Source: Patescibacteria group bacterium (GTDB taxonomy: Bacteria; Patescibacteriota; Minisyncoccia; 2-02-FULL-40-12). From it: 64,000 nucleotides of DNA. Within the stretch, counting starts at the first letter, position 1. Each line of letters opens with the position of its first letter. This document shows positions 27,898 through 35,653 of this stretch, one piece after another. The stretch covers positions 7,857 through 71,856 of the forward strand of contig JBBTXZ010000003.1 in assembly GCA_038062015.1 (NCBI GenBank). Direction: 5' to 3'. Both the position numbers and the translations under genes were made by a program. Under the pieces are notes generated by a model. It made no database searches and was not told the origin of the DNA. It saw nothing but the letters and a program-made list of their open reading frames with translations.

Positions 27898-28042
27898 GTT
27901 ACTTTTGTCTCTGTTTATGTTTTGAATTCCTGCAAATACAATATAAACGCCCTTTTCTCCGGACAATTTTACAGTTCCGACAGATTTTCTTAATCGAAGA
28001 TTGAACTCTCAAAAAAATATCGATATATCGAAATATCTTATT

Positions 28043-28255
28043 TTATAATCTCTTTACTATTCTCCCTCTTTCGCCGTCCGGGCTTAATTCAACTAAAACC
28101 TTGTCGCCGATCATTACCCGGATATAAAAAAGCCTCATCTTTCCTGAAATATGGGCTAAAATTAATTTGCCGTCTGGAAGCTCAACCCTGAAGTAAGCGT
28201 TAGGCAGGCTTTCCTTGATTAAGCCCTGTTTTATATTTTTAGCTTTATTATTCAA
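28043..28255 (-). CDS. infA: Translation initiation factor IF-1
   Basis: 70-aa S1-like OB fold. [29 protein letters not shown]. Confidence 0.85.
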   Translation of the reverse strand: MNNKAKNIKQGLIKESLPNAYFRVELPDGKLILAHISGKMRLFYIRVMIGDKVLVELSPDGERGRIVKRL

Positions 28256-28317
28256 TAGCGCTTAGTAATAATAATATGATTAAAATAAAAAAGCAAGTCA
28301 AAGCAAATCTTTATTCC

Positions 28318-29814
28318 TTATTCAATTATTATTGCTATATTTATTCTATTAGCGTCTTTCGGAATCTTCCTTAGCCAAAAAGGAGGAAAAATCCGGGCTG
28401 ATTCTATTTCGTTCAAACCGCTGAAATAAGAATCAGCTTCACTTATCCTTTTACCGGCAATATCCGAAATTATCTTCTTTTTGTCTATATTTTGGATAGT
28501 CTGGCCGGAAGAAACCAGTTTAAAAGATAATTCCCTTTTTTCTTTGTTCAATTTCGACTGATCATAATTTATTTTAATACCGCTTGCCACTAATAAATTC
28601 TGGGAATTTTTAACATACTGGGAAATAAAATCAACAATATCGCTCTCTTTAAAAACTACCAGGCTCGCTTTAATTTTAAAATCAACCCTAAATTCTTTAG
28701 TTAGATCGCCGGCGTTATTGGAATCACCGGTTTTTTCTATTTCCATGTTCAAAACTTCATCCAAAATTTTAAAATTACCAAGTAAAGCAAGCTCTGCCTT
28801 TATTTGGCTGACTCCTTCTTCTTTTATAATTTCTTCGGCTTTTTCTAAATCCTCTTTGCTTACGAAACTGGACTGGCCGACAAACCCTCCGGAAAGTTTC
28901 TCAAATGATTTTGCGTAAAAACCCTGATATTTTGGATTACCCAGAAACCCAGGTATCCTGAAATCGGAAGGCTCAATATTGTATTCTTCGCCAGCCCGAT
29001 CAGCGACGATTTCAACCTCTATCTCGCCGGGCTTAAACTCACTGCCGATTATCTTACCGGGCACAGTTACGGCCTTTGGGATTCTAAAAGTCAGCCCTTC
29101 GGCTGTTTGAAGCCTTGTCGTGGCCACTAAAATCTGGGGCGAAGCGCTGAAATTATTGTAAATGAAGGCCCTGCCTCTGGCTTTCTGAAAAACATCTTTC
29201 TCGGCGCTTGAAGCAAATGTTTTAGAAATTAATTTTTCAACTTCAATCCATTGGCCCGGCACCATTCCGTAGATTTCATCGTTTTTAGTGATATCAGTTG
29301 AAACGACCACTGGTAAATTAATCGAAAAATCGACTTTACGGGGAATTATTTTTATATTCACTTCGTTTAAAGAAGAAAGGGCGATGAAAATAAATAAACC
29401 GATGGCAGAACCGAGAAGAGCCAGGATGAATTTTTTAGAATCTTTTTGCTTTAGCCTTGCCAGACGGGGCGGGACGCTTAGCGTCCCAAAGGGCCCCGCT
29501 GAACGGGCCACCGGTGTTTTTTCTGAAAACTCTGAATAGAAAGAAAGCAGGTCTTTGTCTTTCTTGGTGTTATTACCTTTAGCGGCAGTCCCGCTCGGCG
29601 GGGCGGCGGCTTTAGCATTTTGCCCGGAAGAAATTATTGAAACTTCTTTTTTTAACTTGTCGAAATGGGCTTTCAACTTTTCCAATTTGTTCTTGTTTTT
29701 AAAGACCGGGTTTGATTTTGGGACAACTAAAATTAAGCTGTCAGATCCGGATTCTTCGACTGCCTCCAAAATGTCTTCGAAATTGTCGCCCGAAGCGATG
29801 TTAATGATTTTCAT
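28318..29814 (-). CDS. Hypothetical single-pass membrane protein inserted upstream of infA in the ribosomal cluster
   Basis: Cytoplasmic N-domain, TM helix LALLGSAIGLFIFIAL, large extracytoplasmic domain. No family recognised. Confidence 0.4.
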   Translation of the reverse strand: MKIINIASGDNFEDILEAVEESGSDSLILVVPKSNPVFKNKNKLEKLKAHFDKLKKEVSIISSGQNAKAAAPPSGTAAKGNNTKKDKDLLSFYSEFSEKTPVARSAGPFGTLSVPPRLARLKQKDSKKFILALLGSAIGLFIFIALSSLNEVNIKIIPRKVDFSINLPVVVSTDITKNDEIYGMVPGQWIEVEKLISKTFASSAEKDVFQKARGRAFIYNNFSASPQILVATTRLQTAEGLTFRIPKAVTVPGKIIGSEFKPGEIEVEIVADRAGEEYNIEPSDFRIPGFLGNPKYQGFYAKSFEKLSGGFVGQSSFVSKEDLEKAEEIIKEEGVSQIKAELALLGNFKILDEVLNMEIEKTGDSNNAGDLTKEFRVDFKIKASLVVFKESDIVDFISQYVKNSQNLLVASGIKINYDQSKLNKEKRELSFKLVSSGQTIQNIDKKKIISDIAGKRISEADSYFSGLNEIESARIFPPFWLRKIPKDANRINIAIIIE

Positions 29815-31100
29815 AGTTTTATAAATTTTTTATCTTGACTTACTCTTGAGACTTTTTTGTGTTTTTCTTCCTCTTTTTTAACTTCTTCCATATTTATTTC
29901 CATTCCTTTTTCCTTAGCAATGTCTTGTACAATCTCAACCCCCACACCAATGCTTGACTGAGTATTAAAAACATAGGCGCCAGGAATAAATTTATACCCT
30001 TTATTTTTAAATTCTTCGACATCTTTTTCAATTTTTGGTATTTCTCTGCTAAGTAATTTTTCAAATTTTTGAAACTCTTCATTAAATACTTCCAATACTT
30101 TTTCCTCATTTTTCTCCAGATCGGGGTAATACTCTTTATAAATGTTTATTATTGTTTTAACAGAACGTTGTAAAAAATCATCGTGCAAATTCAGCTTTTT
30201 TGAATGCCTCATTATTTTTCTGATTAATTTTCTTAAAATATATCCTCGTCCAAGATTCGATGGCATCACTCCGTCAGAAATTACAAAAACGCCTGCTTTC
30301 AGATGATCAGAGATTATTCTTTCAAATTTTTGATTAGATTGATAATCGTATAAATTTTTGTTTCTTAATTCAGTTATTATCGGCGAGAACAAATCAGTTT
30401 CAAAAACTGATTTGCTGCCTTGTAAAACCATAACCAATCTTTCCAATCCCATTCCCGTATCAACCCCCTTTCTTTGAAGGGGAATTAAATGTTTTTCTTT
30501 ATTGCAGTAATATTCATTAAAAACAATATTCCAAACTTCAATCCCATCGATATGAATTTCGGTGGTCGGCCCACAAGGACCTTCCTCGCCGGTTGGACCC
30601 CAAAAATTATCTTTTATTTCGCCGAAAAATATTTTTTCCTCGGGTATGCCCAGTGATTTCCAGATTTCCAACGACTCTTGGTCAATTGAAATATCATTTT
30701 TATCGTCGCCTTTGAAAACCGAAATTTTTATTCTTCTTAGAGGCACGCCAAAATCGTTGACTATCAAATCATAGCTGTGCTTTATCGCTTCTTTTTTAAA
30801 ATATGAATCCTTGGCTTCCGGAAACTTGAAAGAAAAATTGCCGAGCATTTCAAAAAATGTCAGGTGGCTTTCATCACCGACTTCATCAATGTCCACGGTT
30901 CGCAGACATTTTTGAATAGAAGCTATTTTGTTTCCATAAGGCGAGTCGTTATCCAGATAATATTTCTTAAATTGCTGCATTCCGGCAGTAGTAAAAAGAA
31001 CCGACTTATCTTCTGGAACCAATAAAGAAGAAGGTATTATTTTATGTCCCCGTTTCTCAAAAAAATCCAAGAATTTTTTGCGGATCTCTTGATGAGTCAT
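29811..31100 (-). CDS. alaS: Alanyl-tRNA synthetase, short form (catalytic plus tRNA-recognition domains only, 429 aa)
   Basis: FLDFFEKRGHKIIPSSLLVPEDKSVLFTTAGMQQFK and FFEMLGNFSF class II motifs. SDHLKAGVFVISDGVMPSNLGRGYILRKLIRK. No editing or C-Ala domain. Confidence 0.75.
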   Translation of the reverse strand: MTHQEIRKKFLDFFEKRGHKIIPSSLLVPEDKSVLFTTAGMQQFKKYYLDNDSPYGNKIASIQKCLRTVDIDEVGDESHLTFFEMLGNFSFKFPEAKDSYFKKEAIKHSYDLIVNDFGVPLRRIKISVFKGDDKNDISIDQESLEIWKSLGIPEEKIFFGEIKDNFWGPTGEEGPCGPTTEIHIDGIEVWNIVFNEYYCNKEKHLIPLQRKGVDTGMGLERLVMVLQGSKSVFETDLFSPIITELRNKNLYDYQSNQKFERIISDHLKAGVFVISDGVMPSNLGRGYILRKLIRKIMRHSKKLNLHDDFLQRSVKTIINIYKEYYPDLEKNEEKVLEVFNEEFQKFEKLLSREIPKIEKDVEEFKNKGYKFIPGAYVFNTQSSIGVGVEIVQDIAKEKGMEINMEEVKKEEEKHKKVSRVSQDKKFIKL

Positions 31101-31190
31101 TATTAATTGAAATAGAAACCTTCCCTCGGTTTCTCTATATTATATAACAAATGGAAAGCTACTTTCGCGTTTTTCGCTTTAAAATAATAC

Positions 31191-31382
31191 AGAAAGCCGT
31201 GAGCCTGTATCAATTTCTGAGTCGGGCAGTGTTCTTGAGAAATGGCCGCTACCTTTATGAAGAATTGCCGAATGACAATTGCTGGTGGAGGATCCAGAAT
31301 TGTCGGCAATTCGAATAAAGTGGCGCGCCATTTCCAAGAAGGGCTCCCAAACGAAGAAATTGATATAGGCGATAAGGCTTTC
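31191..31382 (-). repeat. Structured intergenic element, copy 3 (ends 3 nt before the mnmA stop codon). Deletion variant lacking about 43 nt of the copy-1 core.
   Basis: Closing stems GAAAGCC/GGCTTTC and GCCTGTATCAATTTCT/AGAAATTGATATAGGC. Near-identical core to copy 1 (TCTTGAGAAATGGCCGCTA..., TGGTGGAGG, TTGTCGGCAATTC.A.TAAAGTGGCG.GCCATTTCCAAGAAG). Confidence 0.75.
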
Positions 31383-31384
31383 GT

Positions 31385-32488
31385 TTAAACAATTATCCCG
31401 CCGCCTAAAACTTCACTACCTTTATAAAATACGGCTGACTGCCCCGGCGCGATTGGAATATTTTCAACGGCAATTTTAACTTCGGCTCTATCTCCGCCAT
31501 TTTTCAAAATCACGCAATCTAAATCCTTTTGCCGATACCGCGTCTTTACCTTGCATCTAAACGGCAGATTTTTATGACCGTTTATCCAACTAAAACTTTT
31601 AATTTGAATTTTGGAATTTAGGATTTGTTTAGAATTTAGAGTTTGGGATTTAGAATTTTCAAAGCTATCAACATGCAAAACATTCTTCAGAATATCTTTC
31701 CCAACCACGTAATATGGCTCCCCGGCATTTAAACTAAATCCATGCCTCTGGCCGATAGTATAAAACCAAGCGCCGTCATGCTCTCCTAAAACTTTGCCGT
31801 CGCTTTTTCTCACGACTAATCCTCTTTTCGGCTCAATGTATCTTTTCAGAAATTTACCAAACTCAAGCGGTCCGACAAAACAAATTCCTTGACTATCTTT
31901 TTTATTCCAATTCGGCAAACCGAATTTCTTAGCCATTCTCCTAACTTCTGTTTTTAGATAATCCCCTACCGGAAACAAACAATGTTTTAATTGATTCTGG
32001 GTAAGGGTGTACAAAAAATACGACTGATCTTTATTTAAATCTCTTGCCTTTAATAATTTTGATTTTTGATGTTTAATGTTTAATTTTCTAACGTAGTGTC
32101 CGGTGGCTATATAATCAACTCCGAACTTTAATGCTCTATCTAAAAACACGCCGAATTTAATGAATTTATTGCACATCACATCGGGATTAGGCGTAATCCC
32201 CATCTGATAGCCTTTAATCATATATTCAGCCACGAACTTCCCGTATTCTTTTGAAAAATCCCAAGTCAAAAGCGGAATTTCAAGTTTCGCCGCCACTCGT
32301 AAAGCATCTTCTCTATCTTGTTTCCATAAACAATCTATCTGATTATTTGTTATTTGTTTTTTATCATTTGTTGGTTGCCATGGACGCATAAAAACACCAG
32401 TTACATTGTAATTTTGTTTTTTCATCAAAGCCGCAACTACGCTTGAATCCACGCCGCCACTTATTGCTACCAAAACCTTCTTAGCCAT
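31385..32488 (-). CDS. mnmA: tRNA-specific 2-thiouridylase MnmA. The track ORF extends to 32593; the conserved start is MAKKVLVAISGGVDSS.
   Basis: SGGVDSS PP-loop and catalytic Cys residues. Confidence 0.85.
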   Translation of the reverse strand: MAKKVLVAISGGVDSSVVAALMKKQNYNVTGVFMRPWQPTNDKKQITNNQIDCLWKQDREDALRVAAKLEIPLLTWDFSKEYGKFVAEYMIKGYQMGITPNPDVMCNKFIKFGVFLDRALKFGVDYIATGHYVRKLNIKHQKSKLLKARDLNKDQSYFLYTLTQNQLKHCLFPVGDYLKTEVRRMAKKFGLPNWNKKDSQGICFVGPLEFGKFLKRYIEPKRGLVVRKSDGKVLGEHDGAWFYTIGQRHGFSLNAGEPYYVVGKDILKNVLHVDSFENSKSQTLNSKQILNSKIQIKSFSWINGHKNLPFRCKVKTRYRQKDLDCVILKNGGDRAEVKIAVENIPIAPGQSAVFYKGSEVLGGGIIV

Positions 32489-32508
32489 TAAAGTATATTG
32501 ACAACTTT

Positions 32509-33831
32509 TTAGATGCGGGGCAAGTCTTTTTCTATCTGGCCCGCTTTCTGTAAGACAAGATTTGAGTAATAACGGCAAATGCTCTGGCGGCAATTCGCTT
32601 TTCCACTCAAATAGGCGTTGGCTGCTTTTATTTCGGCTGTTTGATTTTGACTAGTGGCTCCGGCATTGGCCAAGTAAACGGCCGCGGCCATAAAAGCATC
32701 TTCAATACTCCAGGGATTAGGCGGGTTATGGCCGGTAAGTCTTGCAACCTCGGCTTCGTAGATAAGCCATGTTGAAGGAATAAACTGGGCCGGCCCGAGC
32801 GCTCCGCCGCAGCCGTAATTCGGCGCTCTTGAAACTTTAACTGAGTCAGAGTTTAATCCAAGCTTCCCGATTACCGCGAAAAAAGCGCTTTTTTCAGTTT
32901 CGGCCCGAGTCGGTTTGCCTCTTCTTTTATAGCAATTATACATATCATCAAGCCAATTGCCAGTGCCGACATTACGGCCAAGTCCTGATTCAACATCTAA
33001 AATGGCCAGTAAAAACGCTGGCCTGATGCCGACTCTTATCGCCGCGAGCTGGCCGAATTTCAGAGCTTCTTCTAAGGTAATCCCCTGCTCAAGTAAAAAT
33101 CTGATCTGGTTCCTTATTTTTTCAATATCCTGATCAGTCTGTTTGGCCAGCTGTTGGAATTTTTTTTCTTCTCCTTTGGTTACTTTAAGAATATTATCTT
33201 TCTCTTTTTTTCTTGAATCGACTTCCCGTTTCTGAATTTCCTGAATATTTCTCAAGCCGACTTGTTCGGTCCGCCTTTGACCTAACTGATCCTGTCTTTG
33301 TTCAAGCTCTGTTTTTAATTGTTTTAACTCTTTAATAGTGAACTGGGCTTTTTCTTGGGAATCCCTGATACTTTCAAGATTACCAAAAAAATCGGAAAGG
33401 TCCCGATTTTTAAGCAAAATTTCAAATAGGTTTTCCTGATCGCTTTGATAAACCAACCTCAAGAACTCACCCAGGCTTCTTTTTATTTTTTCAATTTTAG
33501 AAAGGGCTTCATCTATACTTTTCACCGTTTCATCTATTTCTAGTCCGGTTTTCTGAATGGCTAAATCAAGAGTTCTTATTTCAAGCTGAAGCTGTTTAAT
33601 CCGGGTGTCAAAAATAAAAATTTCGTTTTGGAGCGTTTTGGCCGCACCCTGTTTTTCGAGTATCTCTCTTTCATATTCCTCTTTCTGCCTTTCCAATTCC
33701 TGAATCTGACGCTCTCTTTCTGAAATTTCCTGCTGAACATCAGCCGAAGAACTAGAAGTTAGAAAATAGAAAATAGAAAATAGAAACAAAGAAATAAAAA
33801 ATAATGATTTTTTATTATTCATTGAACTCAA
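32509..33831 (-). CDS. Secreted coiled-coil protein with a C-terminal lytic-transglycosylase/lysozyme-like domain
   Basis: Signal/TM N-terminus, about 250 aa of heptad-rich E/Q/K sequence, then LLAILDVESGLGRNVG...GPAQFIPSTW. Confidence 0.5.
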   Translation of the reverse strand: MSSMNNKKSLFFISLFLFSIFYFLTSSSSADVQQEISERERQIQELERQKEEYEREILEKQGAAKTLQNEIFIFDTRIKQLQLEIRTLDLAIQKTGLEIDETVKSIDEALSKIEKIKRSLGEFLRLVYQSDQENLFEILLKNRDLSDFFGNLESIRDSQEKAQFTIKELKQLKTELEQRQDQLGQRRTEQVGLRNIQEIQKREVDSRKKEKDNILKVTKGEEKKFQQLAKQTDQDIEKIRNQIRFLLEQGITLEEALKFGQLAAIRVGIRPAFLLAILDVESGLGRNVGTGNWLDDMYNCYKRRGKPTRAETEKSAFFAVIGKLGLNSDSVKVSRAPNYGCGGALGPAQFIPSTWLIYEAEVARLTGHNPPNPWSIEDAFMAAAVYLANAGATSQNQTAEIKAANAYLSGKANCRQSICRYYSNLVLQKAGQIEKDLPRI

Positions 33832-33834
33832 AAA

Positions 33835-34305
33835 TTACCGGACTATTATTTTCCCTTTAGCCGACGGAGCTAAGTGATCGTGATAAGGCCAAGTGCCTTT
33901 CTCGTTAAAAGTGAAAGAAAAACTTTCTCCTTTTTGAAGGCCGCGGCAAGCATCAAAAATTGTCATAGATCCGGGTGAATTGCATTTTGAAATACTGGAG
34001 CCGGGGTAAAATTCATGAGTTGGGTGTACGGCCGAGGCCGGCCAATGGCCCTGACTGCTTTGATTAATAAATCTGACTGTGTTGCCGGCATTGATGACGA
34101 TTTCAGCCGGGTTAAAACCGCTATCAATCATATCAATAACGTATTCCAGAGGCGGAGACGGGAATAGTGAAACCTGTTGTTGAGTCGGAGTAGCCGTCGT
34201 TTGTCTAAAACCAATCTCTTCCCTTTCTCCTCTATTCCTTAAAAATACAATAACCCCGGCAAAAAAGACTATCAAAATAATAATTACTAAAAGATTCCTA
34301 TTCAT
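33835..34305 (-). CDS. Hypothetical membrane-anchored protein (possible cupredoxin-like fold)
   Basis: N-terminal TM helix. His-rich segment HWPASAVHPTHEF...YHDH. Confidence 0.3.
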   Translation of the reverse strand: MNRNLLVIIILIVFFAGVIVFLRNRGEREEIGFRQTTATPTQQQVSLFPSPPLEYVIDMIDSGFNPAEIVINAGNTVRFINQSSQGHWPASAVHPTHEFYPGSSISKCNSPGSMTIFDACRGLQKGESFSFTFNEKGTWPYHDHLAPSAKGKIIVR

Positions 34306-34323
34306 AATTCAATTATACCAATC

Positions 34324-35466
34324 TTAAAATATTGTGTAAACTGCTCCGGCGGCGAATAGAATTAAAACAATATTTAACAACCAGGGCGGGAGATTTAAAG
34401 AATACTCTGGATCCCGAGTGCCTGATTTTCTCGCTGATTTATAAATAGAAACTAAAATTATGCCTTCAATCCCAATAGCCACCGACCCAGCCAATGATAT
34501 CACCTCAATAAAATTTCTGACTCCAAACCAAAATAGAAAGAAAGGCACAAAAACGGTTAAAGCCCAGGAATTCAATTTTTTAAAACCGTAGTCGAGGCGG
34601 AAGGTTTCAGCTAAAACCAAGGCCAGAGCTAAAAAAGAAGTAGTGATAGCCAAAAGACCAAAAATAGATACTAAAAAAATAATCCGGTAGTCAAGAAAAT
34701 CAGCTAGCCCGCTGACCACATCCGGCGAAGTGGTCTCTCCAGAAATACCGACCACTGACAGAGTAAAAACAAAGTAAAGAATCGCTGGAATTAAACTCCC
34801 CCACAAAATTGCTTTCTTCAAAAGATCCGGTCTTCCTTTGATTATTTCTTTCTGAATCGGAATCGCCGAAAAACCGGCATAAGCAAAAAGTAAAACCCCG
34901 TAGGGCAAAAACCAAAATTCTCTATTAAACAAAGTGATCAAATTCTGAAGTTCAATTTTCGGCGCGCTCAAAATTAAAATTAATAAAACAATAACCATAA
35001 AAAAAATAACCATAAAAAATTCAAACCAGACCACCGTCCTCAAACCGGCCAAAACCGCTAAAGAAGCAAAAATAAAAAACAGGGCGCTATAAAAAGCGGG
35101 GGAAGCGTAAAATTGAGAAACAAAAATATTAAAAAGAAAACTTCCGCTTATTATTATGTAGGCTAGGAGTGCCCCATAAATTCCGATAAACCAGGCAAGG
35201 GTGGCTATTATTTTTGCTCCTTGGCCCAAATAAATTTTGGCGTAGCCGGTGAATTGATGCATTTCTTTGGTCCTTAAAACCACTTCGCCGAAAATCAAAT
35301 TTATTAATAAGCTGACCGCGCCGATAAAAACCAAAAACAAAAAACCGGTCAAAAAACCGGCCTTGGCGAATGAAAATGGGATTCCGAAAACACCGACTCC
35401 GACAATCGTTCCGGTTAAAATTGAACTGGCGTATAAAAAATCTTTTCGGCCTCCTCTAAAAAGCAA
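34324..35466 (-). CDS. Amino acid permease-family transporter (about 11 TM)
   Basis: GTIVGVGVFGIPFSFAKAGF N-terminal motif typical of amino-acid/aromatic permeases. Confidence 0.55.
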   Translation of the reverse strand: MLFRGGRKDFLYASSILTGTIVGVGVFGIPFSFAKAGFLTGFLFLVFIGAVSLLINLIFGEVVLRTKEMHQFTGYAKIYLGQGAKIIATLAWFIGIYGALLAYIIISGSFLFNIFVSQFYASPAFYSALFFIFASLAVLAGLRTVVWFEFFMVIFFMVIVLLILILSAPKIELQNLITLFNREFWFLPYGVLLFAYAGFSAIPIQKEIIKGRPDLLKKAILWGSLIPAILYFVFTLSVVGISGETTSPDVVSGLADFLDYRIIFLVSIFGLLAITTSFLALALVLAETFRLDYGFKKLNSWALTVFVPFFLFWFGVRNFIEVISLAGSVAIGIEGIILVSIYKSARKSGTRDPEYSLNLPPWLLNIVLILFAAGAVYTIF

Positions 35467-35653
35467 TTATAAAAATAAAAGTCAGCCACAATACTGCGAC
35501 CAAAAGAATACTTCTCCCTTCTTTATTCAACTGGGGCCTTTTCAAAAAGTAAAGCCCCAAAATCAGTCCGACGATCGGCGCCAAAATGGCCGAAATCAGG
35601 CCGACTATCAATAAAGACTTTGATGACGGAAAAACTATAAATTCTGAATTCAT
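35456..35653 (-). CDS. Small hypothetical 2-TM protein
   Basis: Overlaps neighbouring genes at both ends. Hydrophobic. Confidence 0.3.
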   Translation of the reverse strand: MNSEFIVFPSSKSLLIVGLISAILAPIVGLILGLYFLKRPQLNKEGRSILLVAVLWLTFIFIIAF

